Virus record (IMG/VR): IMGVR_UViG_3300017565_000003
From: a virus
Length of the DNA: 64,000 nucleotides
Direction: 5' to 3' (one strand)
The translations under genes were made by a program, and so were the position numbers. Each line of letters starts with the position of its first letter. Position 1 is the first letter of the stretch. Positions 29,916-37,486 of this stretch are shown here, piece by piece. The notes under the pieces were generated by a model, which saw only the letters and a list, made by a program, of their open reading frames with translations, was not told the origin of the DNA and did no database searches.

Positions 29916-31121
29916 CTATTTTCTTACTTTCAAACCAACTTTACATCTTACTAATCTAGTCTGTTTAACGTCCTGGTATTCTGAATGTGATTTAACCTTG
30001 CCTGTTAATTCAATAAAATCACCTTCTTTTATGTTTGGATAAGTAGCCGTCATCCATGATAAGGCGTTCCCTTTTTCATCAAGAAACTTATACAAAGATG
30101 AGTCATAGGTCGAAAAGTATATTCTTTCAATCATCAATAGATTAAGAGTAATTTCCTCACCAATTGTTCCTACATACTCACTAATTACTTCCTTAATATT
30201 TAAACTATCTTTAATTTTTTGAATCTTCAGCTCCATTTCTCGCGCTTGTCTTTCTAACTCTTTTATTTTTTCATCGTATCTTGCTTGTTGCATTGCTTTT
30301 TCTTGTTCAACTCTTTTACTTTCTCGCATATAGTAATTTCTAATATATTCTAATGAATCAACAATTTCTTTATGTGGTTTAATATAGTCTTCATTGAAGA
30401 TGAAATTTTCTAATCGTTCAATAAACATAAAATCCTTATGAAATAAATCGAAATTGTATAGATCAAATCTTTTTACATCTTTTTCATAACGAAGATCTTC
30501 GGTTAATTGAAATATCTCATTATTCATTGGGAGGATCAGTGAATTAGCATATAATAATTTATTTTTTACATCGAAATAAATTATACAATCATTTTTTGAT
30601 TTTTTCTCAATTGTTTTATATCTACTACCATGTATAAGATTGCCTTTTTTATCTATAGAGATACTATATTTTTCTGTGCCTAAAATCCAAATATCATTAA
30701 TTCCTGATAATTTGTATAATTCTCTCCTTAACAGATACTCACTGGCAATAGGAGAACATTGAAATTCAATTACAAATTTTTTACCTTCATACTCAAAATA
30801 AATATCTGGTCTCTGTTTAGTTTCAGGTATCCAATGCTCTAGTCTACAATTTACTACTCCTTCTTGCTTACTTATCCAGTCAAACAATATTTTCTTTCCA
30901 TTTCTATGCTCTTCTGTTTCTGATTCAGAGTAATACCCATTACATTCTTTCCCAACATGTCTAAAATAAGGATGAATAATTTCTCCATGACAGTATTCAT
31001 AATCTCCACCACATATAGGACACTTTAGTATCTTTTTGTTAGACCATTGTTTTAATCTGTATCTGTCATATTTTCCATCAAAACAATTTATAATGTCTCT
31101 TCCGACTTTTGCTGTTAACAA
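29916..31121 (-). CDS. CoiA-like nuclease with C-terminal OB fold
   Basis: CPIC...YFRH, ETEEH, QRPDI...IEFQCS; C-terminal GKVKSHSEY..KQTRL. Confidence 0.7.
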   Translation of the reverse strand: MLTAKVGRDIINCFDGKYDRYRLKQWSNKKILKCPICGGDYEYCHGEIIHPYFRHVGKECNGYYSESETEEHRNGKKILFDWISKQEGVVNCRLEHWIPETKQRPDIYFEYEGKKFVIEFQCSPIASEYLLRRELYKLSGINDIWILGTEKYSISIDKKGNLIHGSRYKTIEKKSKNDCIIYFDVKNKLLYANSLILPMNNEIFQLTEDLRYEKDVKRFDLYNFDLFHKDFMFIERLENFIFNEDYIKPHKEIVDSLEYIRNYYMRESKRVEQEKAMQQARYDEKIKELERQAREMELKIQKIKDSLNIKEVISEYVGTIGEEITLNLLMIERIYFSTYDSSLYKFLDEKGNALSWMTATYPNIKEGDFIELTGKVKSHSEYQDVKQTRLVRCKVGLKVRK

Positions 31122-31194
31122 TTAATAGCCTCCTTTAAGTTTATTTGAAAAGGGGTTATTAAAACCCCTTGTTTATATGTATAATTTATTTATA

Positions 31195-31401
31195 TTAAAA
31201 CTTTTCACTGTATAATTCTCTCATTTCTCTAATTAAACATTTCCAAGCATATGTATTTCGGTCAATCTTGTTATCCCATTTATAATCTTGGTAAATAACT
31301 TCTTCTTCCTCAGTTGCAACACCCATTTGGATTTTTTCTTCCAAATAAGCGATCACTTCAGATTTTCTCCAAGTCAATTTCGTCACGATGCTCACCTCCA
31401 A
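31195..31401 (-). CDS. Hypothetical protein
   Basis: 68-aa ORF with sigmaA promoter upstream. Confidence 0.5.
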   Translation of the reverse strand: MEVSIVTKLTWRKSEVIAYLEEKIQMGVATEEEEVIYQDYKWDNKIDRNTYAWKCLIREMRELYSEKF

Positions 31402-31487
31402 ACCTATTAAGATACCAATCTATGTATTAAATAAAACGAACAATTTATTTAATTGTCATTTGCACCACTTGTTTAAGTGATACTTTT

Positions 31488-31516
31488 ATTATAATAGATA
31501 AATTTATTTATGTAAA
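31488..31516 (-). promoter_or_regulatory. sigmaA promoter with operator-like spacer
   Basis: TTTACA-17 bp-TATAAT on minus strand; spacer contains ATAAATTTATC. Confidence 0.6.
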
Positions 31517-31561
31517 TAGTAAAATTAGATAATTTTATCTTTATTTAAATTTAAACTGGAA

Positions 31562-31792
31562 TCAGCTATCCAGTTCAGTTATCTTATATAAATCTTCATC
31601 TGTACAGTTAAGTATTCTCTTCATATGTATTAGATATTGAGCAGAAGGGACTGTATGAGCCTGTCCGTTTTCATTTTTACACCACTTGGTTATGTATGAG
31701 TTGTGTACATCTAATTGTTCAGCAAGCCAGGACTTCATTATCCCTCGACTTTTTAAGTAGCCTTCTATTTCACTTTCCAATATGATCTTCAA
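31562..31792 (-). CDS. XRE-family HTH regulator
   Basis: GIMKSWLAEQLDVHNSYITKWC HTH; divergent from tubRZ. Confidence 0.75.
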   Translation of the reverse strand: MKIILESEIEGYLKSRGIMKSWLAEQLDVHNSYITKWCKNENGQAHTVPSAQYLIHMKRILNCTDEDLYKITELDS

Positions 31793-31878
31793 GATTCCAC
31801 CTCCTAGTTAACAAATTACAATATAATAGGAAAATTTTCAACATTATAAAATTTATTTAAACAATTTCATTAATATAA

Positions 31879-31908
31879 TTGACTAATTAGTAAAATGGAG
31901 CATATACT
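31879..31908 (+). promoter_or_regulatory. Promoter of tubRZ
   Basis: TTGACT-18 bp-TATACT. Confidence 0.55.
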
Positions 31909-31982
31909 TATACCAAGATATTCAAATATTTTTAAATATATTTGTAAATTCACAATTATTTTCAAATATAAAGGAGGTTTAT

Positions 31983-32264
31983 ATGAACGACTATTTTTCC
32001 TACATCTTATCCAATTTATCTCTCAACGAAATGAAAGTTCTAGGAATCCTCTCAGATAATCAAGCAAACATGGTGTTTAAGGCCATGAAAAAGAAAACAA
32101 TCCAAGACTTATCACAACTATCTACAGCTAAATTACGTAAATCATTGGATCGTCTTGAAGCAAATAGATTCATTGACTTTGTGACTAGCGAAAAGGAGCA
32201 CAAAATTTACATTACTGACTATGGGCAAGTTGCATTAAATCAATCATTGAAGGAGGAATTTTAA
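31983..32264 (+). CDS. tubR: TubR-like winged-helix centromere-binding protein
   Basis: Small wHTH (LRKSLDRLE...IYITDYG) 1 bp upstream of tubulin-like gene. Confidence 0.65.
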   Translation: MNDYFSYILSNLSLNEMKVLGILSDNQANMVFKAMKKKTIQDLSQLSTAKLRKSLDRLEANRFIDFVTSEKEHKIYITDYGQVALNQSLKEEF

Positions 32265-32265
32265 T

Positions 32266-33369
32266 ATGTTTTTAGGAATTATCGGAATTGGAGCTGCTGG
32301 AGGTAACGTGGCAGACGAAGCAGCATTAAGAGGTATTCCAAGTGTAGCAATTAACTTTTCTAAACAGGACTTAGACTCACTTATGCATGTAGAAGAAGAA
32401 AATAAGCTTCATTTCGTAGGCTCAGAAGGAATTGGAAAGGTTAGAGATAATGCAATTATGCTTATGAGAAACAATTGGGAATTAGCAGTTAACTTTATCA
32501 AAACTAAAATGTCAGCACCTTCTATAGAAGTAATCTTAGTTTGCTTTTCTACAGCAGGTGGGAGCGGGGGAGGGAGTAGTCCTGTACTATTAGAAATACT
32601 TCAACAAGAGTTTCCTGATAAGGTCTTTGTCGGTGTACCCATTCTCCCTTCGAGAAATGAGGTAATAATTAACCAAATCAATTGTTTGGAGACAATGAGC
32701 GAACTGTCTAATCAAGATATAGCAATATTCCCAATTGACAATGAAAAAGTAAGAACAACCCATGAACAATTCTCAAAAAACAAGTTATACAACTTTGCTA
32801 ATACACAATTTATAGAAATATTATCAAAAATTATCTCTTATACAGGTAAATACTCCAAACTTGGCGTTTTAGATCAAAAAGACCTCTTACAGCTTTTCAG
32901 TCAGCCTGGTGTTTCAGTGATATCTAGGCTTACAATCAATGAAATCACTAATGCGAAACAAATAAACGAATACATCCAACGGTCATGGAAGAAGTCTATA
33001 TTTGCACCAATTGACTATACACAAGTAATCAGAGCTGGAATCATTTCAGATGGGACTGAACAATTAATTGAAAATATTAACCACGAGGAGTTGTTCAAAG
33101 CCTTCAAGAATGGGATGCCAGTGGATCTCTTTGAGGGCACATTTCTCGAATCTGATGGTCTTGTACTGTCTATTCTCAGTGGACTCCCTTGGATTAATGA
33201 ACGCTTGTCAGAGATAGAGGATATTATCAGTAACGGTAGGGTTGACCTTGAAATTACAGCTAAAACTTTTACCCCTAAGACAAACTATAAAAACTTTAGA
33301 CAAAAGCCTGTTCAAAAGACACCTACTAGTGGCAATGCTTTGGATATCCTAAAGAAATACCAGAGGTAG
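32266..33369 (+). CDS. tubZ: Tubulin/FtsZ-family GTPase, TubZ-like
   Basis: GIGAAGGN, GSEGIGK, AGGSGGG tubulin signature, IDN, LDQKD; basic C-terminal tail. Confidence 0.8.
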   Translation: MFLGIIGIGAAGGNVADEAALRGIPSVAINFSKQDLDSLMHVEEENKLHFVGSEGIGKVRDNAIMLMRNNWELAVNFIKTKMSAPSIEVILVCFSTAGGSGGGSSPVLLEILQQEFPDKVFVGVPILPSRNEVIINQINCLETMSELSNQDIAIFPIDNEKVRTTHEQFSKNKLYNFANTQFIEILSKIISYTGKYSKLGVLDQKDLLQLFSQPGVSVISRLTINEITNAKQINEYIQRSWKKSIFAPIDYTQVIRAGIISDGTEQLIENINHEELFKAFKNGMPVDLFEGTFLESDGLVLSILSGLPWINERLSEIEDIISNGRVDLEITAKTFTPKTNYKNFRQKPVQKTPTSGNALDILKKYQR

Positions 33370-33397
33370 TTTACTATATTGATAAACTAAAAGTTCG

Positions 33398-33492
33398 TTA
33401 CCCGTGTAGTTACCCTATAGCATGTTTTATATTACCGATCATCTTACCGCAGCTAATTACCGCCCTTGGGTAACTTACCGAGGGTTTGGTAA
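33398..33492 (+). repeat. TTACC(C/G) short-repeat cluster, candidate tubC centromere
   Basis: TTACC at 33398, 33410, 33432, 33444, 33457, 33475; inverted GGTAA at 33469, 33488. Confidence 0.55.
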
Positions 33493-33538
33493 TTAGAAAA
33501 TGGGTGTATTTGCAAAGTGGATAATTAAACCTTAAATT

Positions 33539-34159
33539 TTGTTTATCAGAAAAATATTTATTAGGAGAGAAAAGATAATGAGTTATAAAATAACATCAAG
33601 ATATTTGCAGCAGGAAGCATTTAGAAATTCACCGCACAGAGGGATTGATTTTCGAATGGAAATTGGTGAGCCACTTCGAGCAATAAAGAGTGGAATTATA
33701 CATGTTCGAGATTTCGGCAATGTCAACGCAGGAAAGACAATTCTAATTGAAGCAGAAGATGGAAAGACATATATCTACGGTCATCTTTCTGAATTTGCGG
33801 TTAAAGAGGGTCAAAAAATTGAAACTGGGCAATTACTTGGCTATTCAGGGAATACAGGCCACTCAACCGGAGCACATCTTCATTTCTCTGTCCGTGAGGG
33901 GAGTAAGTATTTAGATCCGTCCCCTCATATAGAATTTATCCAAAATATGAATAATCCACAATTCCTAGCTAAAGTCCAAGCTAAAGCAGAATCCATCCAA
34001 CAATCCTCATATTCATTTGCCGATTTATTCAAAGAATCATCTAACATGTACTCTGACTTGTTCCAAAACCTAAAAATCAATTTAATTTACTTATTAAAAT
34101 CATTTGATTACGTTAGCTTCATACATTACTTCCAGAACTTGTTTCAGTTTTTCTCTTGA
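33539..34159 (+). CDS. M23-family peptidoglycan endopeptidase
   Basis: HRGID, YGHLS, GNTGHSTGAHLHF; likely start ATG 33578. Confidence 0.85.
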   Translation: MFIRKIFIRREKIMSYKITSRYLQQEAFRNSPHRGIDFRMEIGEPLRAIKSGIIHVRDFGNVNAGKTILIEAEDGKTYIYGHLSEFAVKEGQKIETGQLLGYSGNTGHSTGAHLHFSVREGSKYLDPSPHIEFIQNMNNPQFLAKVQAKAESIQQSSYSFADLFKESSNMYSDLFQNLKINLIYLLKSFDYVSFIHYFQNLFQFFS

Positions 34160-34255
34160 TAAACCAGTTTCATCCACTATACGCTGACTTAAATCCTCTA
34201 ATTTAACTTCCCATTGTGGTTTCTCATATGCTGTAAATCCAAAGTTCATTGGCAT
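34100..34255 (-). CDS. Small helical protein (51 aa, not in ORF track)
   Basis: GGAG RBS; MPMNFGFTAYEKPQWEVKLEDLSQRIVDETGLSREKLKQVLEVMYEANVIK. Confidence 0.5.
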   Translation of the reverse strand: MPMNFGFTAYEKPQWEVKLEDLSQRIVDETGLSREKLKQVLEVMYEANVIK

Positions 34256-34421
34256 AGAATCAACTCCAATTCAATATATTTTAAGCATCTCGACCTTTAT
34301 CTGCTGTATCACGTATATAAGAGTCTACATCTTTTTTGTCTGAGTTGTCTTTTTTATATAGTTGCATCGACTATTTCTCCTTTTGTTGTGTTGTTAATAA
34401 TATATTGTCCCTTGAAAGAAG

Positions 34422-34877
34422 GTGTTATACATGGAAGATAATTATATAGAAGTTAGAATTAGGTTCAAACAGTCAACAATTGACTCATTAGAGAAAATTG
34501 TTAAGTATTTCAACACAAGGCAAAAATTAATCAATAGTGAGCGACAAAACGACATTATTACTGTAGAAGAAATGATACGTGGTGCAGTAGTTAGAGAGAT
34601 AGAGACCATTGAAACATTTAATCATTTAATCACTTATGATGGTGATAAGTCACTAGGTCATAGAAAGTACGTATTAAAGAATAGATTAAAAGAAATATTG
34701 AAAGAAAAAGGCATGAAGCAATTGGATTTAGTTGAATTAACAGGTATTGATCGTTCGAATATGAGTTTCATAGTAAACAACCGTAATCAGCCAACAGCAG
34801 ACTTCTTATTAAGAATTTGGGTTGCTCTAGACTTTTATCCTTTGGAAAAGATTTTCTATAGGGTTGAGTCAGAGTAA
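34422..34877 (+). CDS. Regulator with C-terminal XRE HTH
   Basis: LKNRLKEILKEKGMKQLDLVELTGIDRSNMSFIVNNRNQP. Confidence 0.75.
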   Translation: MLYMEDNYIEVRIRFKQSTIDSLEKIVKYFNTRQKLINSERQNDIITVEEMIRGAVVREIETIETFNHLITYDGDKSLGHRKYVLKNRLKEILKEKGMKQLDLVELTGIDRSNMSFIVNNRNQPTADFLLRIWVALDFYPLEKIFYRVESE

Positions 34878-35013
34878 CCCTTTTTTCTTAGGTCGATTTA
34901 CAAATTACAAACTTTTTTAATTTTTGTCATAGGACAATTTTCAATCTACGTAAGATTGAGTATAGATATATTAAACCAAAACAAAAAAGAGAAATCATTA
35001 GGAGGTAATTGTT

Positions 35014-35157
35014 ATGATTGGTGCTTTACTGGCAGTGCAAACAATTTGTATAGGAGTTTCAGGATACTTAACCTATAAAACTAAAAAGAAATCTTCTAAA
35101 ATTAAACTTTCCTCGAACACTAAGGGTTATAAATACTACAAAGCAGGGGGATTTTAA
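35014..35157 (+). CDS. Small membrane peptide (47 aa, not in ORF track)
   Basis: AGGAGG RBS; MIGALLAVQTICIGVSGYLTY followed by Lys-rich tail. Confidence 0.55.
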   Translation: MIGALLAVQTICIGVSGYLTYKTKKKSSKIKLSSNTKGYKYYKAGGF

Positions 35158-35159
35158 CA

Positions 35160-35345
35160 ATGGAAGCTACTGCATTAGCATTATCAATATTGAAGATTAC
35201 TACATTCTTAGCAGTTACAACTGGTTTAATTACAGGAGTTTACTACTTTAATACAGCAGAATTTAATGGTAAGAAGAAGGGAGGACGTATTGGTGAGTCA
35301 GATGAAATTAAATCTCTCCGTGAGAAACTTGGATCAAGAAGTTAA
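35160..35345 (+). CDS. Small membrane protein
   Basis: N-terminal TM segment, basic tail. Confidence 0.55.
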   Translation: MEATALALSILKITTFLAVTTGLITGVYYFNTAEFNGKKKGGRIGESDEIKSLREKLGSRS

Positions 35346-35832
35346 TTATATTAATCCACATAAAGAAATTAATCTTAATGAGCAAGTTAAAAACCAATCT
35401 TTTTTAATAAGAACTATAGAAAAGGAGGTGAAAAGCTTACCAAAAAAGAAGAAAAAAGTACTTCTAACAATAGTAAAAGCAACTCTAACAGCATCAATAT
35501 CAAGTTTAATACTAGTGAATCCAGTATTCGCAGCAACTCCTCTAGCAGTTCCAGTAACAACAGGTTCAGCAATCATGCCAACAGACATAATGAAAATAGG
35601 AATGTACTTAATAGGGATATGCGCAACGGTGTCAACCATTCTAGCGATGATCTTAATGCAACTAGCCGGGGGATACAGAATGCTAAGAAAGTCAAAGGAA
35701 GCAACTTTGTGGATGAACGATATTCTCAAGGGGTATGCTGTCACAATCATAGCGCCAATTCTAATAATAACGATAGCATTCCTAGCATACCTATTGTTCG
35801 GAGAATCACAATTCTTCATCAAACCCTTCTAA
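35266..35832 (+). CDS. VirB2/TrbC pilin-like membrane protein
   Basis: Basic stretch + signal-like VNPVFAA, then two TM helices separated by GYRMLRKSKEATLWMNDILKGY; likely start ATG 35302. Confidence 0.55.
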   Translation: MVRRREDVLVSQMKLNLSVRNLDQEVNYINPHKEINLNEQVKNQSFLIRTIEKEVKSLPKKKKKVLLTIVKATLTASISSLILVNPVFAATPLAVPVTTGSAIMPTDIMKIGMYLIGICATVSTILAMILMQLAGGYRMLRKSKEATLWMNDILKGYAVTIIAPILIITIAFLAYLLFGESQFFIKPF

Positions 35833-37013
35833 GCACAATAAAGAAAATGACAATTCCATTTGGAGTAGCATCAACAGCTTTCCTATTCACATCGATTAAT
35901 AAGGCTAGGGCAGCATCAATTGGTGAAATCATTACACAAAAAAGAGGTATCTTATTTAACAAAAAAGTCATTGAGGGTGGTGGTTCATGGGAGGGAACAA
36001 AGGAATTCTTCGAGGTTTGGGGTCAAATAGGGGACATTCTAACCGCAATAATTGACTGGTTATATAAATTACCTGAAAATCTTCCACAATATTCAGTTGA
36101 TCTACTATCTAAAATCTACGAATTATTAACTGTAACTGTTCTACACACACCACTTTTCTTATTCAACAATTCATTTATTAAAGACACATCATTAGTTTTT
36201 GCAGGAGTTTCAATTCTAATTGTAACAATCCTTACAATGATTGAAGGTATTAAGAAGATGCTTAAAAAGAAAAATACAGACATTAAGCAAATAGTGAAGA
36301 GATACTCTCTGTCAATCATTGGAGCTGGATTTGCACCTTTCTTATTTGAAAAATCATTTGAATTAATAAATCAACTAACCAATGCAATATCTAAAATAGG
36401 AGTGAGTGAAATATCTAACTTTAAATTATTTAGCAAAGTACAAATACCACTTACAAATATAAGCTTCTTAGATACAATCCTACTTCTAGGTTTTGATGTA
36501 GTTGTTATTGCATTATTAATTCCAATCATATTGCAAACAGGTAGACGTTATTGGGATTTAATGTGTCTGTCAGCATTAACACCACTTAGTTTAACTGCCT
36601 GGATATTTGATGACTATAAACATTATTTTAGTAAATGGTGGTCAAATGTAAAACTATTAGCACAAACTCAACTAATCTATGCAATTTACATCTGTCTAAT
36701 GGGAGTATTTATTTTTGGAACTGCAAACATTGTTACTGGCGCAGGGTTAATCGCCAAATTCCTTGTGATCGTAGGCGGCCTCGCTAGAATGACAAATGTC
36801 CCCCAATTTGTAAAATCTAGAGTGGATACAGGAAATGACATTGAAGACTCGTGGCTTGGAGCATTGAAAAGCTATAAGAATATTTATGATACTTTCACAT
36901 TTAAAAAGTTAAAAACTACTGCATTTCTTACTAAAAAGAGCGAAGAAAACCTAAAAAACATCCAAAAACTACGCAAAAAACATGGTCAACGCTATGTTAA
37001 AGGCTTATCTTAA
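35619..37013 (+). CDS. VirB6/TrbL-like polytopic membrane protein
   Basis: Multiple TM helices; RRYWDL...LTPL...W...YFSKWW...Q motif typical of Gram-positive VirB6-like proteins; true start uncertain (possibly 35847). Confidence 0.55.
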   Translation: MRNGVNHSSDDLNATSRGIQNAKKVKGSNFVDERYSQGVCCHNHSANSNNNDSIPSIPIVRRITILHQTLLSTIKKMTIPFGVASTAFLFTSINKARAASIGEIITQKRGILFNKKVIEGGGSWEGTKEFFEVWGQIGDILTAIIDWLYKLPENLPQYSVDLLSKIYELLTVTVLHTPLFLFNNSFIKDTSLVFAGVSILIVTILTMIEGIKKMLKKKNTDIKQIVKRYSLSIIGAGFAPFLFEKSFELINQLTNAISKIGVSEISNFKLFSKVQIPLTNISFLDTILLLGFDVVVIALLIPIILQTGRRYWDLMCLSALTPLSLTAWIFDDYKHYFSKWWSNVKLLAQTQLIYAIYICLMGVFIFGTANIVTGAGLIAKFLVIVGGLARMTNVPQFVKSRVDTGNDIEDSWLGALKSYKNIYDTFTFKKLKTTAFLTKKSEENLKNIQKLRKKHGQRYVKGLS

Positions 37014-37024
37014 GGAGTGATTCT

Positions 37025-37210
37025 ATGCTAACCAAAGAATATATCCTATTAAACTGGGAGCAAGATTTCAATGAAGTTATCTACTTTACTATGACAACTG
37101 AAGGCGATTCAATCATATACGATATTGAAATTGACCAATTTTACTTTAATAATTACAAAAACGAAATATCATTCAGAGAAGCTTGTGCATTATTGGAATT
37201 AACAGCTTAA
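37025..37210 (+). CDS. Small acidic hypothetical protein
   Basis: AAGGAGTG RBS. Confidence 0.55.
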   Translation: MLTKEYILLNWEQDFNEVIYFTMTTEGDSIIYDIEIDQFYFNNYKNEISFREACALLELTA

Positions 37211-37235
37211 TAAACTTAAAAGGGAGCGATTTATT

Positions 37236-37373
37236 ATGACAACTGAACAAAAATTACGCATGGAATTAGCTGAAGAGGTAATGGAGTTAATGTATGAAGG
37301 ATCTGTTTTTCTAACTGAAGAAGGATTGCAATATATTCTCAACATTAAAAACGGTAAAGAGGAGATGGTGTAA
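37236..37373 (+). CDS. Small hypothetical protein (45 aa, not in ORF track)
   Basis: AGGGAG RBS; MTTEQKLRMELAEEVMEL... Confidence 0.5.
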   Translation: MTTEQKLRMELAEEVMELMYEGSVFLTEEGLQYILNIKNGKEEMV

Positions 37374-37486
37374 TGGGTATCCTGGAAACTGTCATCTTGT
37401 TAAACACTGGAATTGTAATTGCAAACACAATTATCTTATTCATCAACACGAAAACAATCACTAAGGTTATAGATGAATATGCTTAA
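37373..37486 (+). CDS. Small hydrophobic peptide coupled to FtsK (37 aa, not in ORF track)
   Basis: TAATG overlap, GAGGAG RBS; MGILETVILLNTGIVIANTIILFINTK... Confidence 0.5.
   Translation: MGILETVILLNTGIVIANTIILFINTKTITKVIDEYA

Noticed and set aside
31882-31908. sigmaK/sigmaE sporulation promoter (AC-N17-CATATACT) for tubRZ
   Set aside because: The same bases form a good sigmaA promoter (TTGACT-18-TATACT), which is the simpler reading
34214-34441. 75-aa plus-strand ORF
   Set aside because: No RBS; overlaps two better-supported minus-strand mini-ORFs and the XRE promoter region
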